The notes under the pieces: generated by a model
What the model saw: only the letters and a program-made list of their open reading frames with translations
What the model was told of the DNA's origin: nothing
Databases searched by the model: none
Assembly: GCA_021731495.1 (NCBI GenBank)
Contig: JAKFXG010000024.1
Span: 1-45,346 of the forward strand
Origin: Candidatus Parcubacteria bacterium
Lineage (GTDB): Bacteria; Patescibacteriota; Minisyncoccia; Phycocordibacterales; Phycocordibacteraceae
Reading direction: 5' to 3'
DNA length: 45,346 nt
Program-made: the position numbers and the translations under genes
Shown here: positions 19,300 to 26,996 of the stretch, piece after piece
Layout of the letters: every line of letters starts with the position of its first letter
How positions within the stretch are numbered: the first letter of the stretch is position 1

Positions 19300-19443
19300 C
19301 TATGTCCTATGATTTCGTAACCATGCCAACGCCTGAGCGGTGGTTTAGGTCAATGCAGTCCGAAAGTGGACTACAGTAGCATCGTATCAGGATTGAGCTA
19401 AAATGGGTATATGAGGCGAATGATCTTAGGGTTTTCAGAATGA

Positions 19444-19995
19444 ATGCTTATGGCGGTAAAAACTACACAAACTAAGCGTCGCGTCAGTTTGGTTGAAAAG
19501 GCTAAAAAGGATAAGGAAGTTGGGGCTGGTGTAGGACGCGGAAACAAGATGGAGAGCACACGAGCAGCTTTCCGAGCGTGGTTACTGAAGCCGCGTATCT
19601 TTTTGGGGAAAGGAGAACACGTGCTTAATCTTTTGGGGATTACGGATGTAGAGACTGTCGAGCTCTATAGCATCCGATCGCAAGGTGAGTTCTCGGAGAA
19701 GTTTGGGGTGGGAGAACCAACACTGTCTCACTGGAAACGAGAGATGCAGAACGGTAACGACTTTAAGGACTTCCAAATTGAGATGCGCGGACTTACAAAA
19801 AATGTGATGGGTGCGCTCTATCGTCAAGCGATGGCCGAGGGTGACGCTCCTCGTGTGAAGCTATGGCTACAAACCGTTGAGGGCTGGAATGAGAGCAGTA
19901 ATTTCAAAGTGGCAATGGGGGTAGAACAAGGTCTCACGGACGAAGAAAAAGCTGCAATTGATCGTATGTTGGAAAAACTCGGAGCACCAACTTAG
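19444..19995 (+). CDS. HTH protein, terminase small subunit-like
   Basis: SQGEFSEKFGVGEPTLSHWK HTH followed by VMGALYRQAMAEGDAPRVKLWLQ. Confidence 0.55.
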   Translation: MLMAVKTTQTKRRVSLVEKAKKDKEVGAGVGRGNKMESTRAAFRAWLLKPRIFLGKGEHVLNLLGITDVETVELYSIRSQGEFSEKFGVGEPTLSHWKREMQNGNDFKDFQIEMRGLTKNVMGALYRQAMAEGDAPRVKLWLQTVEGWNESSNFKVAMGVEQGLTDEEKAAIDRMLEKLGAPT

Positions 19996-20002
19996 TGTAG
20001 AG

Positions 20003-20752
20003 ATGACAAAGCTTTTGAACCCCTCACGACTTGATTGGATAGCGTTTCTTGCTTGTCAAAACGCTGTCCGACTCCATCGTGATGCCATTGCACTGTACAA
20101 AGAAGGACGATATCCATCTGCCTTCTTTTTGTCGATCCTTTCTCAGGAAGAACTTGGCAAGATGCATATGATTAATGATCATTCGTGGCACTTAGGCGAG
20201 TGGCTGAATGACTTATTGGAAATCAAAGATCAGGCAAAACGTGCCGCTATGGATAAGGAGAATGAAAAGTATCAATCTGAAGTTTTCTCATCCTCCTATC
20301 TCCATCCTCTTAAGCAAGGATACTTCGCCCATAATTCTCCTGTAGAGGATTTTGTCTGGTTACGCAAGGCATTAAAGCACGGGGAACCCCGCCAAGATGT
20401 ATGGCAGGGCGTGCTCGACGCAAAGAAGCAGACCGCAGCCTATGTCGGCTTTCCAAAGAAGAAAAGAGGGGTTGATTTTAGTGCTGGCCTGAAACATCCA
20501 TGGCAAATCAAAAAAAGAGATGCACAGAGACAGATAACGAGAGTCAACGATTATCTCTTGGTTTTTGGATTGGGGCTACGATATACATGTTATGTGTTTG
20601 AAAATGAAGACATAATCAACTATCTAAAAAACAAGCGATTTCTGAAAAACATCGGACTCACTTGGCAACACCGAAGTAGATCTGCTTTCAAGCAGATAGA
20701 GTCTCTTCAGGTGGTGCTAAAAGACAAGATCGTTAGAACGACAAAGAGGTAA
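20003..20752 (+). CDS. AbiV-family (HEPN) abortive infection protein
   Basis: NAVRLHRDAIALYKEGRYPSAFFLSILSQEELGK, HPLKQ, KQTAAYVG. Confidence 0.85.
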   Translation: MTKLLNPSRLDWIAFLACQNAVRLHRDAIALYKEGRYPSAFFLSILSQEELGKMHMINDHSWHLGEWLNDLLEIKDQAKRAAMDKENEKYQSEVFSSSYLHPLKQGYFAHNSPVEDFVWLRKALKHGEPRQDVWQGVLDAKKQTAAYVGFPKKKRGVDFSAGLKHPWQIKKRDAQRQITRVNDYLLVFGLGLRYTCYVFENEDIINYLKNKRFLKNIGLTWQHRSRSAFKQIESLQVVLKDKIVRTTKR

Positions 20753-20764
20753 GATAGAGCGATT

Positions 20765-21454
20765 ATGCGTGGTGACACCAAGAGTGACGAACTTTTCTAC
20801 CAGATTTCGCTCGGGGATGTTTTTCAAACGGATGTCAGAAATTGTCGGGATAGATTTTCCATTCCGAAAGACGGATTGGATGCAGAGGATATTCGGCGAT
20901 GGTATATCTCTCTCGGCGATAAATATGGCGAGTTTTTAGATGTGCTTACAGATATTCTGCGACGCTATAAATTAGCGAGTTCTTTTATTAATCCGTTAGA
21001 GGAGTATGTAGTTACCAATGAAACTCAGAATTTATATCCACTTCGGCCACATCCTTTTTATGATATTGATACACCACAAGGTTATTTGGCAGAGCAACAT
21101 AGAAAAGATGCGAAACCGTTCGTAAGTTTATTGATTTATGACTACGCCAGCTTGGACGAGATTCAGGCGTACCTAAAAACCTCATGGAAGTACGTCAAGA
21201 AAGAACTCGATAAACAGCGTGGTGAACCGGCGCACAGAATTCGCAGGTCAACACACAAAGAACGAGATAGAGAAGTTCTTGCGCTCTACGAGAAATCACG
21301 CGAGGAACTTGGACTCAAAAAGGGAGAATACAAAGAGATGGCTGTAGCTCGGATGCTTTCTGGAAAGTACGGAACAATTGATTGGGATCACATTAAGAGG
21401 ATTGTTGCGCGAATGCGAAAGATGAAAAGGGGAACTCATAAACCTCCTGTTTAA
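20765..21454 (+). CDS. hypothetical protein, basic C-terminal HTH-like domain
   Basis: 229-aa ORF; ERDREV...VARML...IKRIVARMRK. Confidence 0.7.
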   Translation: MRGDTKSDELFYQISLGDVFQTDVRNCRDRFSIPKDGLDAEDIRRWYISLGDKYGEFLDVLTDILRRYKLASSFINPLEEYVVTNETQNLYPLRPHPFYDIDTPQGYLAEQHRKDAKPFVSLLIYDYASLDEIQAYLKTSWKYVKKELDKQRGEPAHRIRRSTHKERDREVLALYEKSREELGLKKGEYKEMAVARMLSGKYGTIDWDHIKRIVARMRKMKRGTHKPPV

Positions 21455-21478
21455 GAGTCCTCTACTCATTTGTCTTTG

Positions 21479-21508
21479 AAGGCGACCATTGGCATATGGT
21501 CGTTTTTT
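21479..21508 (+). terminator. intrinsic terminator
   Basis: GCGACCAT-TGGCAT-ATGGTCGT followed by TTTTT. Confidence 0.75.
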
Positions 21509-21574
21509 GCGACCTGGTGACGTCACTGGAACAGCCGGCAGCGTACGTCACCACGCTACCGGCTGTTCCAATTC

Positions 21575-21775
21575 ATGCTTACCTTACAAGAATGCCGAAA
21601 ATACACAGGGAGCGAACTCACCGATGAAAAGTTGGAGGAGGTTCGTAATGTCCTGTATGTCTTTGCTAATAAACTGGTCGACGATTTCTTAAATTTAGAG
21701 GATGAGCCAGTCAGTTCAAACTACCCACATGAGAGGGTTGCAATTGTGTCGATACCAAGGCACAACATCAAGTAA
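21575..21775 (+). CDS. small helical protein upstream of the recombinase
   Basis: 66 aa MLTLQECRKY..LTDEKLEEVRNVLY, ends 7 nt before the recombinase ATG. Confidence 0.65.
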   Translation: MLTLQECRKYTGSELTDEKLEEVRNVLYVFANKLVDDFLNLEDEPVSSNYPHERVAIVSIPRHNIK

Positions 21776-21782
21776 GCTTCGT

Positions 21783-23348
21783 ATGTCACAACTCGCACTC
21801 ATATACGCTCGTGTTTCGTCAGAGAGACAGGCGACAGAAGGTCACGGCCTTGATGCACAGGAACATCGCTGTCGCGCCTACGCTGAGACAAAAGGTTATG
21901 AGATTGAAAAAGTATTCAGGGATAGTTTTAGTGGAGGCGGAGATTTCATGAATCGACCAGCGATGTCTGGCCTACTCGGCCATGTAGATAAATTTGCACA
22001 CCGAAGTTACGTCGTGCTTTTTGATGATCTCAAGAGACTTGCAAGGGATACGGCTTTTTACTTGAAACTCAAGGATGCATTTAGAGTTCGCGGCGTTAGG
22101 TTGGAGAGTCCGAATTTTGTAATGGATGATTCTGATGAAGGTTCGTATGTTCAGCAAATTCTGGTAGGGGCAGCAGAACTGGAGCGCAAGCAAAATAGGC
22201 GACAGGTTATTCAAAAGCAAAAGGCTCGACTTGAGAGAGGGTACTGGTCGTTTTGCCCGCCTACAGGATATCGCTTCGAAAAACATCCTGAACATGGGAA
22301 GCTTCTCGTGCCCATTTCTCCCGACGCCGAACTCATTAAGCTCGCATTAGAAGGTTACGCATCGGACAAGCTATACGATCAAACCGCTGTTCGAGATTTT
22401 CTCAGAATCAATAATTTTAGGAATGGTCGCACTGTTCATATGTCATTGGTACGGCGACTTCTTACTGAAATCCTTTATGCTGGGTACATAGAATATGTTG
22501 GATGGGAAATAGCGAGGCGTAAAGGATATCACCAAGAAATGGTAAGTATTGAGGTGTTTGATCGGGTTCAGGCGAAACTGACTGGTAAGTCATATTTGAT
22601 TTCAAGAAAAGATTACCGTCTCGATTTCCCTTTACGAGGGTTCGCTCTTTGTGAAGAGTGCGGAGGAGCGCTTACGGCAGCTTTTGCAAAGAGGAAATAT
22701 CCCTATTACTGGTGTAAAAGGGCTGGATGTTCATTGAAGAATAAAATGATTTTGAGGGAAGAAATTGAAAAAAGATTTGATGCACTACTTAAAGAGATAA
22801 AACCGCGGCCAGAGGTTTTAGAACTTTCCAATAAGATCCTTCTTGATGTATGGAACGAGCGAGTAAGCAAACTCGAAGGGTATCGTACAGTTCTGCAAGG
22901 AAAGCTACGGATCGCACGCAGTCAAATTGACGGGCTATCGATGCGCCTTGCGAGGGCACAGAACGAAGACCTGGTGGGCGTTTATGAAGACCAGCTCATT
23001 CGCGCTAAGCGCGAAGAACGAACGCTGGCAGAACGCATCGATCGACTCTCAGAGCGCTCAGGGGACTTCGAAGAAGCTTTGAAGCAAATGTTTGCGGTGC
23101 TGCGTAACCCGGCAGCTGTATGGGCAAAACCGGATATAACGCAGAAAAGATCAGTTTTGAAGCTGATCTTTTCTGCGAAATTGCGATATAACCCTGTGTC
23201 TGGGTTTCAAACACCTGAGAAATCCTTAATTTACGGGCTATTTGAGCAAATCTCTGCTCAAAAGTCCCAACTTGTGGAGGTGGCGGAAATCGAATCCGCG
23301 TCCGAATCCGTCTATGAAAGCGAGTCTACGACGCGTAGTCAGCGTTAG
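21783..23348 (+). CDS. large serine recombinase (integrase)
   Basis: IYARVSS catalytic motif, FSGG..RP, DDLKRLAR, PTGY recombinase domain, Zn ribbon CEECG...YYWC...C, coiled coil; last 24 codons are antisense to tmRNA. Confidence 0.95.
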   Translation: MSQLALIYARVSSERQATEGHGLDAQEHRCRAYAETKGYEIEKVFRDSFSGGGDFMNRPAMSGLLGHVDKFAHRSYVVLFDDLKRLARDTAFYLKLKDAFRVRGVRLESPNFVMDDSDEGSYVQQILVGAAELERKQNRRQVIQKQKARLERGYWSFCPPTGYRFEKHPEHGKLLVPISPDAELIKLALEGYASDKLYDQTAVRDFLRINNFRNGRTVHMSLVRRLLTEILYAGYIEYVGWEIARRKGYHQEMVSIEVFDRVQAKLTGKSYLISRKDYRLDFPLRGFALCEECGGALTAAFAKRKYPYYWCKRAGCSLKNKMILREEIEKRFDALLKEIKPRPEVLELSNKILLDVWNERVSKLEGYRTVLQGKLRIARSQIDGLSMRLARAQNEDLVGVYEDQLIRAKREERTLAERIDRLSERSGDFEEALKQMFAVLRNPAAVWAKPDITQKRSVLKLIFSAKLRYNPVSGFQTPEKSLIYGLFEQISAQKSQLVEVAEIESASESVYESESTTRSQR

Positions 23349-23679
23349 TGTCTAAGGCAGGATGCGAGGAACGCAGACGAAACCATTCCTGCCCGATCCC
23401 TTGTTTAGATGTACCGGCCAGGATTCCGGACATCGATCCTACAGATAATTCCGCCCATTCCTCTCGGCTGTAGAAACCCGGAGGATGAACGTCGCGAGGC
23501 GAAGAGCCGTTAGGCTTTCGCGTACGCGAACGCGAAGTCATTCATACCGAAGTATGGCGACTTCACGCTTGCAAGAGTGTTCTTTGCAAGTATGTTTTCC
23601 CGCCAGATTAAAGTGTTGGGCGGGAGTGCACTGCGTCGCACATCTTTCAAGGTACAGACCGTCAAAGCCGGTCACCCCC
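23275..23679 (-). ncRNA. ssrA: tmRNA
   Basis: 5' GGGGGTGACCGGCTTTGAC, 3' GACGCGGATTCGATTTCCGCCACCTCCA with G3-U70; tag ORF 23587-23510; smpB upstream; CCA not encoded. Confidence 0.95.
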
Positions 23680-23682
23680 CTA

Positions 23683-23770
23683 GAACATATCTTGCTGCAA
23701 GATATGTTCGGGCGAACATTTCGTCTGACGAAATGTTTTAGCCGTAAACATACCATCACTTTGGTATGTT
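23683..23770. repeat. three tandem AACAT...ATGTT palindromes
   Basis: 23683-23709 (13-bp arms), 23715-23737 (11-bp arms), 23747-23770 (9-bp arms). Confidence 0.8.
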
Positions 23771-24022
23771 CTTAAGCCAGTCTAGCAGTATCTTCTTTTT
23801 CGTGCGCGCTCCCCAAAGACTTTTGAGAAAACGTTCACGACTGAAAGCTTCTGTTTCCGATTCGAGCTGTTCAGCATGGATGAGATCAAGCGGCCTACGA
23901 TTGGTCGTTGCTGGAACTTGTCCATCCTGATGACGTTTCAGTCGTTCCGAAATATTGCTAGTGCACCCAACATATAACCCGTGGTCTTTATGACTGTAAA
24001 GAATGTAGACCACATAAGCCAT
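23756..24022 (-). CDS. small GIY-YIG nuclease
   Basis: YVVYILYS...LYVGCTSNISERLKRH...T..RRP...AFSRERFLKS. Confidence 0.93.
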   Translation of the reverse strand: MAYVVYILYSHKDHGLYVGCTSNISERLKRHQDGQVPATTNRRPLDLIHAEQLESETEAFSRERFLKSLWGARTKKKILLDWLKNIPK

Positions 24023-24037
24023 GCTCTAGGGGATTGA

Positions 24038-24481
24038 TCAGCGGTTTTTCAAGATGCGTCCTGTTTCGCGAAGCGCATCGCGTTTCTTCAGGTCTTCACG
24101 GCGGTCAGATTTGCCTTTGCCACGAACAATAGCGATACGCGCCTTCACGAACCTTTTATTAGTATACACCTCAAGAGGTATGATTGTCAATCCCTTCTTT
24201 GACTCGGCGTCGAGGAGTTCGGCAATTTCTTTTTTTGCGAGCAGGAGGCGTCGAGGGCGTTCCGGATCATAGCCTTTCGGCATATTTGCGGCTTGGTACG
24301 GCGGAATAGTCATACCGACGATGAATGCCTCGCCGCCGCGCACCACCACCCGCGCGCCGTCGAGCGAGCCAAGCTTGCTACGCAGGGCCTTCACTTCTTG
24401 GCCAAATAGTTCAAGACCCGCCGAGAAACTTTCAAGCGGGGCGAACTTCAAAAAGGCCTTTTTATATTCGACGAGAATCAT
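24038..24481 (-). CDS. smpB: SsrA-binding protein
   Basis: AGLELFGQEVKALR, IPPYQ, RPRRLLL, KGLTIIPL, RGKGKSDRRE. Confidence 0.96.
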   Translation of the reverse strand: MILVEYKKAFLKFAPLESFSAGLELFGQEVKALRSKLGSLDGARVVVRGGEAFIVGMTIPPYQAANMPKGYDPERPRRLLLAKKEIAELLDAESKKGLTIIPLEVYTNKRFVKARIAIVRGKGKSDRREDLKKRDALRETGRILKNR

Positions 24482-24503
24482 ATGAAAGAGTATAGTACTT
24501 TTC
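24482..24503. promoter_or_regulatory. overlapping divergent -10 boxes for smpB and ftsH
   Basis: TATAGT (+, 24491-24496) 7 nt before the ftsH ATG; TATACT (-, 24494-24489) 7 nt before the smpB ATG. Confidence 0.65.
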
Positions 24504-26471
24504 ATGCTAGCTGTATCTCCAAAGAAGTCAAAAAACCTACCTACCGACAGGCAGGTAAAAAAAAGTCCAACCTCTGGTCCGAAAGGAGGTCCCCGCTCCG
24601 GCTGGAAAGGGCTCTTCGGCGGCCCTTCTTTCTTCGGCAATCTCACAACGACCGTCCTCATATTCCTCATTCTCATGAGCGTATACTCACTCATCTCGAG
24701 TTTTGTTCAGCCGACGAATGAAGTCCCGTTGTCTGTCGTCGCAGCAGACGTCGCAGAAGGGAAGATAGAGACGATCAAAGTGAATGGCGACTTGCTTGAC
24801 CTCGTGTATGTCGACGGGGCGACGAAGACTTCGCGCAAAGACCCCTCAGCGGGACTTCCGGAGACGCTTGCGACCTATGGCGTCACCCCTGAGGAGCTGG
24901 CAAAAGTCTCCATCACTATCCAGGGCAAGTCAGGATTCCAATTCTGGTTCCTCACACTGGCACCGCTCCTTTTGCCGCTCCTCTTCATCGGATTCATTTT
25001 CTGGTTCCTCACACGTCAGGTAAAAGGGGCAGGCATGCAGGCTTTCAGTTTCGGACAATCGAAAGCGCGCGTTATTGACCCGGCTGATTCCTCGCAGCGT
25101 GTCACCTTCGCAGACGTTGCAGGCGCGCGCGAAGCAAAGGAAGAGCTTCTCGAGATAGTCGACTTCCTCAAGAGTCCGAAGAAGTTCCTCGACATCGGCG
25201 CGCGTATTCCGAAGGGCATCATCCTGATGGGCGCTCCGGGCACCGGAAAGACGCTCCTTGCGCGCGCGGTCGCCGGTGAAGCTGGTGTTCCGTTCTTTTC
25301 AATCTCGGGTTCTGAGTTCGTCGAGATGTTCGTCGGTGTCGGAGCATCGCGAGTGCGCGACCTTTTCCAGTTGGCGAAAAAAGCCGCACCGGCCATTATC
25401 TTCGTTGATGAGATCGACGCCGTCGGGCGTGTTCGCGGCACTGGTGTTGGAGGAGGGAACGATGAGCGCGAACAGACGCTCAATCAGATTCTCGTCGAGA
25501 TGGATGGCTTCGAGCCCACGGAAAAAGTCGTGGTCATGGCGGCGACCAATAGGCCTGACGTTCTTGACCCTGCGCTTCTGCGTCCTGGACGCTTCGATAG
25601 ACGCGTGACTATCGACCTTCCGGACCGACGCGATCGCGAGGAGATCTTACAGGTACACGCCCGTAAGAAGCCGCTTGGACCGGATGTCGTTCTCGCAGTC
25701 ATTGCTGAGCGTACTCCAGGCTTCTCTGGTGCGGAACTTTACTCGCTTATGAATGAGGGAGCGATTCTCGCGGCGCGTGAGAATCGAAAGGAAGTCACTC
25801 AGTACGATTTAATACGTTCCATAGAAAAAGTAATGCTTGGTCCTGAGCGCAAATCGCACCTGCTTTCGAAGCGGGAGAAAGAGCTTACGGCGTATCACGA
25901 GGCTGGACATGCGCTCGTATCATCCATACTTGAGCATGCCGACCCGGTGCACAAAATTTCTGTCATCAGTCGCGGGAGAGCAGCTGGCTACACGCTGAAG
26001 CTTCCATTCGAGGATCGAAAAATGCAGTCGAGGAAACAGTTTCTTGATGACATCGCGGCCACACTTGGTGGGTATGTTGCTGAAGAGATGCTTTTTGACG
26101 ATGTAACGACCGGGCCAAGTAACGACCTGATGGTCATCACAGCGATTGCACGCGAGATGGTTACCCGTTACGGAATGAGCGAGAAGCTCGGACCAATAGC
26201 GTTTGGCGACCGGCAGCTCGGGAACGAACCATACTCTGAACATGTTGCGGCGGAGATTGACGCTGAAGTTTCTCGCATCATTGAAGAAGCGAAGGTACGT
26301 GCAGCGAAGGTCATTAGTAGTCATCGCGGAGCACTCGATGCGATCGCGAAGGAACTCATCGAGAAGGAAACTGTTGAGCGTGCCGACTTTGAGAAGATAT
26401 TGATCGCAAACGGCATTACACCGAAGAAAAAGGACGAGATAGCGGTGGAGCCTGTCGTCGTTAATTTCTAA
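24504..26471 (+). CDS. ftsH: ATP-dependent zinc metalloprotease FtsH
   Basis: 2 TM segments, [43 protein letters not shown]. Confidence 0.98.
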   Translation: MLAVSPKKSKNLPTDRQVKKSPTSGPKGGPRSGWKGLFGGPSFFGNLTTTVLIFLILMSVYSLISSFVQPTNEVPLSVVAADVAEGKIETIKVNGDLLDLVYVDGATKTSRKDPSAGLPETLATYGVTPEELAKVSITIQGKSGFQFWFLTLAPLLLPLLFIGFIFWFLTRQVKGAGMQAFSFGQSKARVIDPADSSQRVTFADVAGAREAKEELLEIVDFLKSPKKFLDIGARIPKGIILMGAPGTGKTLLARAVAGEAGVPFFSISGSEFVEMFVGVGASRVRDLFQLAKKAAPAIIFVDEIDAVGRVRGTGVGGGNDEREQTLNQILVEMDGFEPTEKVVVMAATNRPDVLDPALLRPGRFDRRVTIDLPDRRDREEILQVHARKKPLGPDVVLAVIAERTPGFSGAELYSLMNEGAILAARENRKEVTQYDLIRSIEKVMLGPERKSHLLSKREKELTAYHEAGHALVSSILEHADPVHKISVISRGRAAGYTLKLPFEDRKMQSRKQFLDDIAATLGGYVAEEMLFDDVTTGPSNDLMVITAIAREMVTRYGMSEKLGPIAFGDRQLGNEPYSEHVAAEIDAEVSRIIEEAKVRAAKVISSHRGALDAIAKELIEKETVERADFEKILIANGITPKKKDEIAVEPVVVNF

Positions 26472-26486
26472 ATACAGGAAATAGAG

Positions 26487-26516
26487 AATGCGCCAACCGT
26501 GAACGGTTGGCGCATT
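26487..26516. terminator. 13-bp hairpin between convergent genes
   Basis: AATGCGCCAACCG-TGAA-CGGTTGGCGCATT. Confidence 0.75.
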
Positions 26517-26522
26517 GCGTCT

Positions 26523-26894
26523 CTACTTCTTAGAAATGGTCACGTAAATAACGCTTCCGGTCAGAGCTGCCACCATAAGATAGCCGACGGCCACCCACCA
26601 GAAGGGGGATTCTATGGAAAATGTCCCTTTGAATTCGGGCAGGTTCATGCTGACGTAAAAGATGGCCCACGCAAGGGGGATTGCGAAAATGAAGCAAATA
26701 GTGCCACCCAGGAGAAGAGAGAACTTTTTCGGGGCCTCTTCAGTGATACCGTGTGCTTCACTCCACAATGTTGCGCCCGCCCAGAGGAATGTAATCGGGC
26801 AGAGTAGGCCAAGAATACACGCATCGAGGGCAACGTTTTGGGACTGCTCAAGGCACGACTTCAAGGAACGGAATGCGGCCATAAGAACCTCCAT
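26523..26894 (-). CDS. hypothetical membrane protein (about 3 TM)
   Basis: 123-aa hydrophobic ORF between two hairpins; start could be 26882. Confidence 0.6.
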   Translation of the reverse strand: MEVLMAAFRSLKSCLEQSQNVALDACILGLLCPITFLWAGATLWSEAHGITEEAPKKFSLLLGGTICFIFAIPLAWAIFYVSMNLPEFKGTFSIESPFWWVAVGYLMVAALTGSVIYVTISKK

Positions 26895-26943
26895 TGCTAC
26901 CTGGACTTGAGTATATAATGTTTTATCACAGCGTCAATCGACA

Positions 26944-26981
26944 AAAGAAAACCCCGCGGCGTCAGACGCCGCGGGATTTTT
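26944..26981. terminator. terminator after pyrC
   Basis: CCCGCGGCGT-CAG-ACGCCGCGGG flanked by A and T runs. Confidence 0.75.
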
Positions 26982-26996
26982 AGTCGGGATGCCGGA

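Larger units (their letters stand above)
13102..23279. mobile_element. composite genomic island integrated at the tmRNA 3' end
   Basis: TGTGGAG at 13102-13108 and 23273-23279, TGTGGA at 14248-14253; serine recombinase abuts ssrA; visibly AT-richer; defence cargo. Confidence 0.82.

Noticed and set aside
13102-23279. Intact prophage or conjugative element
   Set aside because: No capsid, portal, TerL, tail, lysis, relaxase or T4SS genes
23683-23770. CRISPR array
   Set aside because: Only 5-bp ends are shared, spacers are under 10 nt, and there are no cas genes; no array was seen elsewhere in the window
24482-24694. Long N-terminal extension of smpB
   Set aside because: Overlaps ftsH on the opposite strand; SmpB homology and the -10 box fit a start at 24481
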